Source: Candidatus Hadarchaeota archaeon
GTDB lineage: Archaea; Hadarchaeota; Hadarchaeia; Hadarchaeales; JAWBSP01
NCBI GenBank assembly: GCA_964474885.1
Contig: CAYYWO010000015.1
Location: forward strand, 1-15,304
Direction: 5' to 3'
DNA: 15,304 nucleotides
The translations under genes were made by a program, and so were the position numbers. Below the pieces are notes generated by a model. That model saw nothing but the letters and a program-made list of their open reading frames with translations, was not told the DNA's origin and searched no databases. Of the stretch, positions 6,078-15,304 are shown piece by piece (the stretch's first letter is position 1; each line of letters starts with the position of its first letter).

Positions 6078-7082
6078 GTGGGACACAGGGAAACGCCCTA
6101 TTTTAAAGAAAAGGTGCACCCCATCGAGGTCAGGGAGAAGAGGATCTCCGAGCTTTTGAAAGAGATGTCCCAGACGGGCTTCCAGGGCAGGAAGCTGGGG
6201 GAGGTGGTGGAGGTCTGGCTGGACATGCTCAGGCAGCCCGACCTGGTCATCGTCATGGGGCTTGCGGGCTCCATGAGCACCACGGGCATGTGGAAGATCA
6301 TATGCTGGCTGATCGAGCGCAGGTACATAGACATCCTCATACCCACAGGGGCGAACATCTCCGAGGACCTTTACGAGGCCCTGGGGGGCAGCTACTGGAA
6401 GGGCACCTGGCTGGTGGACGACGAGGACCTCCTGAAGCACAAGATAGACCGATTCTACGACGTGTACGCGGACGAGCTTGAGTACAGGCGGATGGAGGAG
6501 ACCATTGCCCAGTTCATGCAGACCCTGGACCAAGACAGGGTTTACTCCTCCAGGGAGTTCCTGCAGCTGTTCGGGAAGTGGCTGAGCGAGAGGGGGGTGG
6601 AGTGCATAGTCTCCAAGGCGTACAAGCACGGGGTGCCCATCTACTGCCCCGCCCTGGTGGACAGCGGGTACGGGGTGGCCGCCATAAGCTGCATGAAAAA
6701 GCAACACCTGATCAGGATAGACCAGATGGAGGACTTCAGGGAGCTAACAAGGCTTTGCGCAAAAAGAAAGACGGGTGCCATCTACATAGGGGGAGGGGTC
6801 CCCAAGGACTTCTGCCAGCTGGCTGCCGTCACCCGGGACCTGCTGCTGGGGTGGAAGGAGCCCATCCCCCACGAGTACGCCATCCAGATAACCACGGACG
6901 CACCCCACTGGGGAGGGTTGAGCGGGTGCACGCTCGAGGAGGCTATAAGCTGGGGGAAGGTATCCGCCAGGGGGAAGAGGGTGACCTGCTACTGCGATGC
7001 CACCATAGCCCTTCCCCTGGTTGCGCACGCCCTGCTCGAGAGGGTGGACTTCGAGCGCAGGCCACCTCAGTTCGATTTTTAG
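6078..7082 (+). CDS. dys: Deoxyhypusine synthase family protein
   Basis: GFQGRKLG, PTGANISEDL, IDRFYDVY, PIYCPALVDSGYG, IGGGVPKDF and GGLSGCTLEEAISWGK (active-site Lys). Start placed at in-frame GTG 6078 because of the TATA box and compositional shift; the track extends to 5949. Confidence 0.93.
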   Translation: MGHRETPYFKEKVHPIEVREKRISELLKEMSQTGFQGRKLGEVVEVWLDMLRQPDLVIVMGLAGSMSTTGMWKIICWLIERRYIDILIPTGANISEDLYEALGGSYWKGTWLVDDEDLLKHKIDRFYDVYADELEYRRMEETIAQFMQTLDQDRVYSSREFLQLFGKWLSERGVECIVSKAYKHGVPIYCPALVDSGYGVAAISCMKKQHLIRIDQMEDFRELTRLCAKRKTGAIYIGGGVPKDFCQLAAVTRDLLLGWKEPIPHEYAIQITTDAPHWGGLSGCTLEEAISWGKVSARGKRVTCYCDATIALPLVAHALLERVDFERRPPQFDF

Positions 7083-7100
7083 ACCTTTGCAAATTAGGTG

Positions 7101-9341
7101 ATGGCTGAGAAAGAGCTCGTCCTCACGGTTGCCGAGAACACCAACCAGAGGGACGTGAACAGGGGGATAGCCAGGGTGCCGGACCACCTGCTCTCCAAAC
7201 TTGGTGTCTCGGTGGGGGACATCATAGAGATAGAGGGGAAGCGGCTGACGGCCGCGATAGCCATGAGGGCCTCCGCCCAGGACAGGGGCCTGGACATAAT
7301 AAGGATAGACGGCCTGATCAGGAAGAACGCCGGGACCTCCATAGGGGAGAAGGTGAGGGTGAGGAAGGCGAAGATAAGGGAGGCCGAGTCCATAACCCTC
7401 GCCCCCGCCGCGCGGAACGTGGAGGTGGAGATCCAGGGGGAGCTCATCAAGCGGAACCTGCTCGGCAGGCCGGTGGTGAAGGGGGACCTGCTCAGCCCCA
7501 TGCCCCCTCCCTCCATGAGCTACGCGGAGGACTCCTTCCTGGCCCAGTTCATAGGCTTCCTCCCCAGGGGCATACCCATCAGCCTGGGGGAGATAAAGTT
7601 CTCCGTGGTGCACACCAACCCCTCGGGCGTGGTGCTCGTATCCCCTGAGACCAAGGTGAAGGTCCTGAGGCAGGCGGTGGAGGAGGGGAGGGTGCCCACC
7701 GTCACCTACGAGGACATAGGAGGCCTGAAGGAGCAGCTGCAGAGGGTGAGGGAGATGATCGAGCTGCCCCTCAAGCACCCGGAGCTCTTCGAGAGGCTGG
7801 GCATCGAGCCCCCGAAGGGTGTGCTGCTCTACGGCCCGCCCGGGACGGGCAAGACCCTGATAGCAAAGGCCGTGGCGAACGAGTCGGGTGCGGCTTTCTT
7901 CACCATCAACGGGCCTGAGGTGGTGTCCAAGTTCTACGGGGAGAGCGAGGCCAGGCTGAGGGAGGTGTTCGAGCAGGCCGAGCGGGCCGCACCCGCCATC
8001 ATCTTCATAGACGAGATAGACGCCATAGCCCCGAAGCGCGAGGAGGTGACGGGGGAGGTCGAGCGCAGGCTGGTAGCTCAGCTCTGCACCCTGATGGACG
8101 GGATGAAGGGGAGGGGGAAGGTGATCGTGATAGGGGCCACGAACAGGCCCAACGCCCTGGACCCAGCCCTGCGCAGGCCGGGCAGGTTCGACAGGGAGAT
8201 AGAGATAGGGGTGCCTGACAGGGACGGGCGGAAGGAGATCCTGCAGATCCACACCCGCGGCATGCCCCTGGACAAGGACGTGGACCTGGACTGGCTGGCG
8301 GAGATGACCCACGGCTACGTGGGGGCGGACCTGGAGGCCCTGTGCAAGGAGGCGGCCATGAGCGCCCTGCGCAGGATCCTCCCGAAGATCAAGCTGGAGG
8401 AGGCGACCATCCCCCCGGAGGTCCTGGAGGAGCTGAAGGTGACGAAGGAGGACTTCGAGAACGCCCTCAAGATCGTCCAGCCCTCCGCCATGAGGGAGGT
8501 CTTCATCGAGGTGCCGAACGTCAGGTGGGAGGACATAGGGGGACTGGAGAGCGTGAAGCAGGAGCTGAGGGAAGCCGTGGAGTGGCCCCTGAAGTACCCT
8601 GAGGTCTTCGAGCGCATGGGCATCGAGCCCCCCAAGGGCATCCTCCTCTACGGGCCGCCCGGGACCGGGAAGACCCTCCTGGCGAAGGCCGTGGCGACGG
8701 AAAGCAATGCGAACTTCATAGCCGTCAAGGGGCCCGAGCTCATGTCCAAATGGCTAGGAGAATCGGAACGCGGTGTGAGAGAGGTGTTCAGGAAGGCGAA
8801 GACAGCCGCACCATCGGTCATCTTCTTCGACGAGATCGAGTCCCTCTGCCCGGCTAGGGGAGCAGGGTTCGACTCAGCGGCTACGGACCGGGTCATCAGC
8901 CAGATGCTGACGGAGATGGACGGGATCGAGAGGCTGGGGAGGGTGGTCGTGCTGGGGGCGACCAACAGGCCGGACCTCGTGGACCCGGCCCTCCTCAGGC
9001 CCGGGAGGTTCGACAGGCTCATCCACGTGCCCGCCCCTGACGAGAAAGCCAGGTACGAGATCTTAAAAATCCACACCAAGCGGATGCCCCTGGCGAAGGA
9101 CGTGGACCTGCAGAAGCTGGTCAAGCAGCTGGAGGGGTACTCGGGTGCGGACATCGCAGCCCTGTGCAGGGAGGCGGCCATGCTCGCCCTGAGGGAGGAC
9201 ATAAAGGCGAAGGAGGTCAGGCTGGAGCACTTCCAGCGGGCCATGAAGAAGGTGACCCCCTCCCTAACCCCCGAGATGCTCTCCGCATACAGGGAGTTCG
9301 AGTCCAGAGCGAAGAAGAGGGAGACTGGCATGCATTATTAA
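7101..9341 (+). CDS. cdc48: Cdc48/VAT family AAA+ ATPase
   Basis: N domain (RDVNRGIAR) and two AAA modules: GPPGTGKT twice, Walker B IFIDEID and [20 protein letters not shown] and [10 protein letters not shown]. Start ATG 7101 or GTG 7098. Confidence 0.97.
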   Translation: MAEKELVLTVAENTNQRDVNRGIARVPDHLLSKLGVSVGDIIEIEGKRLTAAIAMRASAQDRGLDIIRIDGLIRKNAGTSIGEKVRVRKAKIREAESITLAPAARNVEVEIQGELIKRNLLGRPVVKGDLLSPMPPPSMSYAEDSFLAQFIGFLPRGIPISLGEIKFSVVHTNPSGVVLVSPETKVKVLRQAVEEGRVPTVTYEDIGGLKEQLQRVREMIELPLKHPELFERLGIEPPKGVLLYGPPGTGKTLIAKAVANESGAAFFTINGPEVVSKFYGESEARLREVFEQAERAAPAIIFIDEIDAIAPKREEVTGEVERRLVAQLCTLMDGMKGRGKVIVIGATNRPNALDPALRRPGRFDREIEIGVPDRDGRKEILQIHTRGMPLDKDVDLDWLAEMTHGYVGADLEALCKEAAMSALRRILPKIKLEEATIPPEVLEELKVTKEDFENALKIVQPSAMREVFIEVPNVRWEDIGGLESVKQELREAVEWPLKYPEVFERMGIEPPKGILLYGPPGTGKTLLAKAVATESNANFIAVKGPELMSKWLGESERGVREVFRKAKTAAPSVIFFDEIESLCPARGAGFDSAATDRVISQMLTEMDGIERLGRVVVLGATNRPDLVDPALLRPGRFDRLIHVPAPDEKARYEILKIHTKRMPLAKDVDLQKLVKQLEGYSGADIAALCREAAMLALREDIKAKEVRLEHFQRAMKKVTPSLTPEMLSAYREFESRAKKRETGMHY

Positions 9342-9361
9342 GGGGAGGTGATAGTGGACTG

Positions 9362-9631
9362 ATGTTGATGAAACAGTTGCGCGGGATGAAGGTGATCACG
9401 GACCGCGGACTCGAGCTTGGGAAGGTTGAGGACCTGCTGATCGACGAGGGCTCCGGGAAGGTGTCCCACATCTGCGTGAAGCCCGCCAGCTCGGGCATGT
9501 TCAGGAGCATACCCAAGGACAAGGGGCAGCTGCTCATCCCCTACTCGGCCGTGCTCGCCGTCAGGGAGTTCATGATCATCAGCGAGAGGGTCCTAACGAT
9601 AATGGAGATGAAGGGGGGAGCGGGGGTCTGA
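9362..9631 (+). CDS. PRC-barrel domain protein
   Basis: SD GGAGGTGA (9344-9351), then MLMKQLRGMKVITDRGLELGKVEDLLIDEGSGKV...LLIPYSAVLAVREFMII, a typical archaeal PRC-barrel pattern; 89 aa. Confidence 0.88.
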   Translation: MLMKQLRGMKVITDRGLELGKVEDLLIDEGSGKVSHICVKPASSGMFRSIPKDKGQLLIPYSAVLAVREFMIISERVLTIMEMKGGAGV

Positions 9632-10318
9632 CTACCAGCCGAAGTAGAGGCGGGCTGCCAGCTCCTCCGGAAGCCCTGCCTTCCTTATCCGCTGGGCGGT
9701 CAGGTTGATGTCGTACTTCACCCTCCTGAACTCGAACTCCACCTCATCCGAGATCCGCAGGAGCAGGTAGCTTGCCCGGGGATCCAGGTCCCTGGGTTGC
9801 CCCACCCCTCCGGGGTTCAGCACGAGCTTCCCGAAGATCCTGCGCTGCATGGGGATGTGCGTGTGCCCCATCAGTATGACGTCCGCGTCCACATCCCTTA
9901 CCAGCTCGAGCAAGGCAGCATTGGGCGTGTCCGGGAAGACGTACTCGTTCAGGGGGTCCCTCGGGCTGCCGTGCACCATGTACACCTTCTTCCCCCCGAG
10001 TTTGATCCTCCGCTCGAGGGGGAGGGAGTGCAGGTACTTTCTGTTCTCCTCGGTGAGGACCCTGTTCGTCCACAGGGCTGCCTCCGCGGCGAGCCTGTTG
10101 AAGCCTGAAACGTCCCTGGTGAGTGCGGCGTAGTCGTGGTTCCCCATAACGCAGATGACCTCCTTCTCCCTCACCAGCTGCACCACCTCGTTCGGCTGGG
10201 CGGCGTACCCCACTAGGTCCCCCAGGCAGAGGATCTCATCCACGCGCGGCGCATCCGCCAGTACCCGCCTGAGGGCCTCCAAATTTGAGTGGATATCCGA
10301 GATAACAGCTACCCTCAA
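9632..10318 (-). CDS. Calcineurin-like metallophosphoesterase (MJ0912/YfcE-type)
   Basis: SDIHSN, LGDLVGY, GNHD, VHGSP, GHTH and NPGGVGQPRD motifs. TTG start overlaps the radA stop by 4 nt. Confidence 0.92.
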   Translation of the reverse strand: MRVAVISDIHSNLEALRRVLADAPRVDEILCLGDLVGYAAQPNEVVQLVREKEVICVMGNHDYAALTRDVSGFNRLAAEAALWTNRVLTEENRKYLHSLPLERRIKLGGKKVYMVHGSPRDPLNEYVFPDTPNAALLELVRDVDADVILMGHTHIPMQRRIFGKLVLNPGGVGQPRDLDPRASYLLLRISDEVEFEFRRVKYDINLTAQRIRKAGLPEELAARLYFGW

Positions 10319-11304
10319 GTGCCGGGGACGTCCCTTATTCCCTCTCTGACTATGCAGAAGGTCCGCTCGATCTCAGGAAGGTAGGGGCTGTCTATGATGC
10401 GTGCTATCCTAGTGTTGTGCCTGGACTTCCTCAGGAAGACACGGTGGGTGGCGGCGTGCCCGACCACGTGCCCGCCGTAGGGTCTCGTCGGATCCCCCCA
10501 GAAGACATCCGGGTGCGCCATCACCTGATTGGTGAAGACTACAGCGACGTTCTTGTGATTGGCGATCCTCCTCAGGGTGTTAAGGAGCTGGCCGAGCTTC
10601 TGAGCCCTGGGGGCGAGCAACTCCCTCCCCGCGAACTCCACCCTGAAGAGGGCTGTCAAGGAATCCATCACCAGGAGCTTTATATTCTTCTTGTCCACCT
10701 CCTCCCAGGCGCGCTCGGCTGCCAGCATCTGCTCCTCGACCGTGAAGGCCTTGTAGACCTCCACATTGTCAAGGGCGCGCGAGACATCTAGTCCGGCCGC
10801 CGAGGCCATGTCACATATGCGCTCGGGGGTGAAAGTGCCCTCCGTGTCCAGGAAGAGGGCCCTGCCCTCCAAACCTCCCCTATCGACTGGCAGCTGGACG
10901 TTCACACAAAGCTGGTGCACGATCTGAGACTTCCCGGTCCCGAACTCGCCCACGAACTCCGTTATTTCCTGGGTTTTCACGCCCCCTCCCAGGAGCTCGT
11001 CCAGCATCCTGCTCCCCGTGGTTATCTTCCCCATGTACCTCTGCCTCTCCTCCAAGAGCTCCGAGGCCTTTCGAGGGATGCCTATCTGGACCTTACGCTT
11101 AGCCTGCTGGATTATATCCCTGGCCTTGGCCTCGCTTATCCCGAGGGTCTGGGCGAGCTCAGCCGTGGTCGCCACCGCGAGCGCCTGCAGGCTGCTATAC
11201 CCCTCCTCTATCATCTTCTTGGCTATGGCATCACCAACCCCTCTTATGCTCTTCAGCTCCCTCAGGGCAGTCTCCATCTCCTCCGGAGCGCTATGCTCCT
11301 CCAA
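10315..11304 (-). CDS. radA: DNA repair and recombination protein RadA
   Basis: N-terminal HhH (IRGVGDAIA), Walker A GEFGTGKSQ, LDTEGTF, Walker B LLVMDS, TNQV, GGHVVGH, RIARIIDSP. TTG start 6 nt after SD GGAGGTGA (11318-11311). Confidence 0.92.
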   Translation of the reverse strand: MEEHSAPEEMETALRELKSIRGVGDAIAKKMIEEGYSSLQALAVATTAELAQTLGISEAKARDIIQQAKRKVQIGIPRKASELLEERQRYMGKITTGSRMLDELLGGGVKTQEITEFVGEFGTGKSQIVHQLCVNVQLPVDRGGLEGRALFLDTEGTFTPERICDMASAAGLDVSRALDNVEVYKAFTVEEQMLAAERAWEEVDKKNIKLLVMDSLTALFRVEFAGRELLAPRAQKLGQLLNTLRRIANHKNVAVVFTNQVMAHPDVFWGDPTRPYGGHVVGHAATHRVFLRKSRHNTRIARIIDSPYLPEIERTFCIVREGIRDVPGT

Positions 11305-13309
11305 TGGACTTCACCTCCTGCAATAGCTCCTCAGCCTCTTTTTTATAGTCGGGGGTGAAGACCCTCTCCACCCTGAACTCCAGCTGGTCGGGGAAGAAGC
11401 GGTCCTGCCTCGCCACGCCCACGAGCTTGAGCTCCCTCCCCTCCAGTTTCAGCTCCCTGAAGAAGACGACCGGAGTCTTTTGCTGCAGGTGCTCGCATAT
11501 CCGATCCGCATCCATCCCCATCACCTGCTCGGCTACCCTGCCGAAGAAGACGCCCCGGATGGTCGCCGTGCCGTCATCCAGGACCAAGTCCAGCTTGGCC
11601 TTGTGCTGGGGGGTGACCACCTTCCCGCACTCCCTGCAGTAGGGGGAGTGGTCCACCGTGCCCAGGCTCCTGCCGCACTCCGGGCAGACATCGAAGACGG
11701 GTCTCGTGCTCCTCACGTCCACTATCGTGCCTCGTATGCATGCTCTCATCCCGGGCTGCAGCTCCTCTATCGGGACCGTCTTCAGGGCGGGCTCCCCGAA
11801 GGCCATCTTGAGAGCCTCGAGCGGGGGGAGGTCAACGCCCGGGGGATCCACCTGAAGCTCCCCCAGCGCCCCCAGCCTGAGCTCGATGCGGTCCCTAAAA
11901 GTGGAGGTATATGCGTTTACCAGCCTGAGGATCTGCCCCGGCCTGAGCTGGCTGCACCTCTCCGCGTGCGGATCCCATATGCTTGCCATCACCTGCCCTG
12001 TGTCGTCCGCCAGCACTAGGCTGACCACCTTCTTCTCCCTCACGTATCTCACCTCCGGCTCCTCCAAGACCCTGCCCACCACCTCCAGCATGTCGCTGTC
12101 CGGCTCCAGCTCGGCTATTTTCACCCGCTTCACCCTGGGCTGGGGCACTTGGACGCCGGGCGGGTTCACCTCCAGCTGGTCGAAGGAGTCCACTACCAGC
12201 TCCAGCTTGTCCGTCTGCGTGTTCAACCTGGTTCGGGCAGCCTTCACCCTCACGACATCCCCCTCCTTCAGCACCTGGATCGCCCGGGTGGCATCCTCAT
12301 CCCAGAGACTGGCCCGGATGGTCCCCGTGTCGTCGGAGAGGAGGAGAGTCAGGACCCTGCCGGGGGACCCGTCGTCCCTCCGAAAGTCGAAGGGGCCCCT
12401 GATGCCCCTGATCACCGCCACCAGGTCCACCTCTATGTCCCTGTCTAGGTCCGCTATCTTGACGGGCCCCGTGACCTGTGGGGGTGGGGATTCGACCTGC
12501 GGGTTCATCACCACCCTTCCCAGCCTGACGTGCAGCTCCAGCACTCCATCCCTCTCCCTGACGATCGCGTTCTCCAGTAGGACGAGATCCCCTCTCTTGA
12601 GGCCCCTGACAAGCTCCGCCTTCTCGTCCCAGAGGACCACCCTTATCTTGCCCGTCTCGTCCCCCAGGATGAAGGTCCCCACCCTGCCCCTCTGCCCGGC
12701 GAACCTCTCTATCGGCCTGATCCGCCCGGTGTACAGGACCCTGCCCACCACATCCACCTCCCCGAGCTCGGGCTTCAGTTCGGCGATCTTGAACCTCCTC
12801 TCCTCCGGCAGGGGCAGGCCCCTGGCCCTCGGATCCGTCGGGGGCACCACCTCGATGCTGCTCCTGGGGAGGGCTATCCTGAGCTCCAGGTTGCCTACTG
12901 CGTCCTGCATGACGTAAGCATTCCTGACCTCGAGCACGTCACCCTTCTTGACCTGACCCGACTCGATCTGCGAGATGAACTTCTCCTCCCTGTCGAAGAC
13001 TATAGCCTTTATCGAGCCCGTCGCATCCCTGAGGATCATCCGCACCGTGCAACCTCCCGGACCCCTGCGCGGATCGTAGAGTCTCTCCACCCTGGCTATC
13101 ACGTTTATCCCCCCCATCTGGGGCATGAGGGAGCCTATCTGGACCCTCCTCATCTCGTCCTCCAGCTCCCTCTTCACGATCCTGAGGATCTCCTCCTCGG
13201 GGAGCAGGCCCCCCAGCTCCTCCTGCTTCCGCTTGACCCTCTCGAATATCTCCTCCCTAGATTTTCCAGTCCTCCAAACCAGCTCTTGGATCATCTGCTC
13301 AAAATCCAT
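11291..13309 (-). CDS. rpa: Replication protein A (ssDNA-binding), five OB folds plus Zn finger
   Basis: Five OB repeats carrying LxDxTGxI-type motifs (LRDATGSI, LGDETGKI, LSDDTGTI, LADDTGQV, LDDGTATI); CPEC...CREC in the last. Start at ATG 13309 (TTTAAA about 25 nt upstream); the track start is 13366. Confidence 0.92.
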   Translation of the reverse strand: MDFEQMIQELVWRTGKSREEIFERVKRKQEELGGLLPEEEILRIVKRELEDEMRRVQIGSLMPQMGGINVIARVERLYDPRRGPGGCTVRMILRDATGSIKAIVFDREEKFISQIESGQVKKGDVLEVRNAYVMQDAVGNLELRIALPRSSIEVVPPTDPRARGLPLPEERRFKIAELKPELGEVDVVGRVLYTGRIRPIERFAGQRGRVGTFILGDETGKIRVVLWDEKAELVRGLKRGDLVLLENAIVRERDGVLELHVRLGRVVMNPQVESPPPQVTGPVKIADLDRDIEVDLVAVIRGIRGPFDFRRDDGSPGRVLTLLLSDDTGTIRASLWDEDATRAIQVLKEGDVVRVKAARTRLNTQTDKLELVVDSFDQLEVNPPGVQVPQPRVKRVKIAELEPDSDMLEVVGRVLEEPEVRYVREKKVVSLVLADDTGQVMASIWDPHAERCSQLRPGQILRLVNAYTSTFRDRIELRLGALGELQVDPPGVDLPPLEALKMAFGEPALKTVPIEELQPGMRACIRGTIVDVRSTRPVFDVCPECGRSLGTVDHSPYCRECGKVVTPQHKAKLDLVLDDGTATIRGVFFGRVAEQVMGMDADRICEHLQQKTPVVFFRELKLEGRELKLVGVARQDRFFPDQLEFRVERVFTPDYKKEAEELLQEVKSIGGA

Positions 13310-13529
13310 CAGCCTCTCCCGTTTCTTCTTTAAATGTAGTGAGAGTACGCCAGAAGTAAAGCTCAATCTCGCTCTTTGTATTACCTAAACTAGGACAAAA
13401 TAACTACTGAATGATTCTCTAATTTTGAATCCTAAGTTAGACCCGGGCGGAGCGATGAAAATAAAAGAGCAACCGAGGTCTTAGCCCCTCGAATACGGAG
13501 AAAAGCAGGAAGAAAGCCTTTACGGTGGA

Positions 13530-14237
13530 ATGAGAGTTTATTTTATGAAGCACATACACTTGGGGGTCATCCCGGACGGGAACAGGAGGTGGGCGCGGCT
13601 CCGCGGCTTGCCGATCAGCGAGGGGCACAGGAGGGGGGCGGAGGTGATGGAGAACTTCCTGAGGTGGTGCCTGGAGGAGGAAATAGAGGAGATCAGCATC
13701 TATGCTCTCTCAACCGAGAACCTGCAGAAGAGGAGGAGGGAGGAGCTAGAGTTCCTCTTCAGACTCTTCGCGGAGAGATTCAACAAGCTGCTGAAATCGG
13801 ATGAGATCTACCAGTACGAGGTCAGGGTGAACATCCTAGGCAGGTATTACTCCCTCCCCAAGCCAGTGGTAGAGGCGGCTAGAAAGCTCATGAGGGTAAC
13901 GCGGAAGCACTCCAAGCACTTCTTAAACATTCTAGTGGCCTACGGATCTGAGGACGAGCTGACCCACTGCGTGCGCTCGCTAGCGAAGAGCGGGGTCAGG
14001 AGGATAACCCAGAGCCTCATCAGGAAGCATCTTTGGGTGAAGAGGCCCCTGGATCTTGTTATCAGGACGGGAGGGGACCACAGGCTCTCGAACTTCATGC
14101 TCTACCAGGCTGCCTACGCGGAGCTCATCTTTGTCGACAAGTACTGGCCCGACTTCACGAGGGAGGACTTCAACTGGTGCCTGCAGAAGTTCTACAGCGC
14201 TCAGCGGAGGATGGGAGGGGACGGGGGATCCGTTTGA
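13530..14237 (+). CDS. uppS: Cis-prenyltransferase (undecaprenyl/polyprenyl diphosphate synthase); start may be ATG 13545
   Basis: HLGVIPDGNRRWAR, GHRRG, YALSTENL, LDLVIRTGGDHRLSNFMLYQAAYAEL, WPDF and C-terminal RRMGG. Confidence 0.95.
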   Translation: MRVYFMKHIHLGVIPDGNRRWARLRGLPISEGHRRGAEVMENFLRWCLEEEIEEISIYALSTENLQKRRREELEFLFRLFAERFNKLLKSDEIYQYEVRVNILGRYYSLPKPVVEAARKLMRVTRKHSKHFLNILVAYGSEDELTHCVRSLAKSGVRRITQSLIRKHLWVKRPLDLVIRTGGDHRLSNFMLYQAAYAELIFVDKYWPDFTREDFNWCLQKFYSAQRRMGGDGGSV

Positions 14238-15304
14238 AAGAAGTTTTGTAGCTTCTTTTTCAGGAATCCCTCCCTGTCGGGTATCCTCTCCAGCCTCCTC
14301 ATCCACCTGGGCAGGCTCTGGCGGATGAACCAGGACTTGACCCTACTGTCCATGAACACTATTGCTGCCTTGTCGGTGACGGATCGGTGGGCCCTCCCGG
14401 CCGCCTGGCTCAGCTTTCTGTGTGCCTGCAGGTAGTAGGCGTAGTACTTCCCCTTCCGGGGGAAGTGCCTCTCGTAATACCTTATGGCTGCCTGCACCAT
14501 GGCGTCGGGCGGGGCGTAGGGCACTCCGACCAGAACAACCGCATTCATCTGATTCCCCGGGAAGTCCCCTCCCTCGCTGTTCCTCCCTCCCATCACACCG
14601 AGGAGGACCGCCCCTCCTCTCTCCGCCCACGACTTGAACCCCTCCACCAGTCTGTCGTTCTCCGCCGAGGACATGTCCGGCTCCTCCACAAAAAGAGGCT
14701 TCCTCAGCCTCTCCTTCAGCCCCGCCTCCAGCAGGCCCTGCAGCACCTCGTAGCTTGCGGTGAAAACGCCCACGTTGGCAGGCGTCGCCTCGCACACCTC
14801 CACCAGCTTCCTGCAGATCTTCTGGTACATCGAGGGGAGCCTGTGGGTCTCCTTCGTGGTCACACCATCCGTCACCAAGCACAGCACGTTCTGCCTGGGG
14901 AATGGTGAGGGGAGCTCGAGCTTCTGGGTTTCCGGCGGCAGGCCCAGGCTCTCCCCGAAGGCCTGGAGCGGAGCCAGAGTACCCGACATGCAGATGAAGG
15001 CGTGGCATCCCAGCAGCTCCTTCACGATCGGCCTGGGATCCAAGATGTTCAGGTGCAGGTTCACGATCCTTCGCTCCCCCTTCACCTTGCTCGAGATCAC
15101 TCTGGCATAGTCCTCCCTCCCCATCGTGTCCATCCAGGCCTGCAGGAACCTCGAGAGGTGGCGCAGGTGGGATCTAGGCACCTTCCCCTCCTCCAGCCTG
15201 GAGCGGACCACCTCCTCCCCGACCTCCGCAGCCCGATCCACCAGCCACTCCACGTCCCTGAGCGGCTCGAGTATCTCCTCCCCCTCCAGCAGCCTCTCCC
15301 CCTC
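14201..15304 (-). CDS. XPD/Rad3/DinG-family SF2 helicase, C-terminal part (5' end outside the window)
   Basis: MSGTL, VFTASY, SEGGDFPG, VGVPY and QAAGRAHR (motif VI). The frame stays open from 15253 to the window edge (EGERLLEGEEILEPLRDVEW). Confidence 0.92.
   Translation of the reverse strand, partial: EGERLLEGEEILEPLRDVEWLVDRAAEVGEEVVRSRLEEGKVPRSHLRHLSRFLQAWMDTMGREDYARVISSKVKGERRIVNLHLNILDPRPIVKELLGCHAFICMSGTLAPLQAFGESLGLPPETQKLELPSPFPRQNVLCLVTDGVTTKETHRLPSMYQKICRKLVEVCEATPANVGVFTASYEVLQGLLEAGLKERLRKPLFVEEPDMSSAENDRLVEGFKSWAERGGAVLLGVMGGRNSEGGDFPGNQMNAVVLVGVPYAPPDAMVQAAIRYYERHFPRKGKYYAYYLQAHRKLSQAAGRAHRSVTDKAAIVFMDSRVKSWFIRQSLPRWMRRLERIPDREGFLKKKLQNFFQTDPPSPPILR

Noticed and set aside
13452-13500. 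C/D-like boxes and a CGAGG/CCTCG hairpin in the rpa-uppS divergent intergenic region
   Set aside because: All boxes are mismatched and the stem is only 5 bp; better explained as promoter DNA.
5826-15110. Long antisense or alternate-frame ORFs (e.g. 5826-6707, 6744-8312, 8648-9331, 11886-12917, 14343-15008)
   Set aside because: Shadow ORFs of GC3-rich real genes, with no motifs of their own.

Overview
Archaeal genomic window with two compositionally distinct parts. About 730-6050 is an AT-richer accessory island (sampled 60-bp lines 32-45% GC, versus about 72% in lines sampled from cdc48). It has a roughly 280-bp degenerate direct-repeat region followed by five co-oriented genes: a ParB/Srx-fold protein without ParA, an Mrr-type PD-(D/E/Q)xK nuclease, a small ribbon-helix-helix-like regulator with a candidate operator, a beta-class amino-DNA methyltransferase (TSPPY) and a divergent [4Fe-4S] HhH-GPD DNA glycosylase. 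I do not recognise this combination as a named system; it is the best candidate here for an undescribed DNA-modification/defence system. About 6078-15304 is GC-rich archaeal housekeeping DNA: deoxyhypusine synthase family, Cdc48 and PRC-barrel protein on +; RPA (five OB folds), RadA and a metallophosphoesterase on -; cis-prenyltransferase on +; and the 3' part of an XPD/Rad3 helicase on -. The left edge holds an apparently decayed Trm112-like ORF and a partial ORF. No rRNA, tRNA, CRISPR array, integrase or transposase was seen. All calls are by-eye motif recognition, with no database searches.
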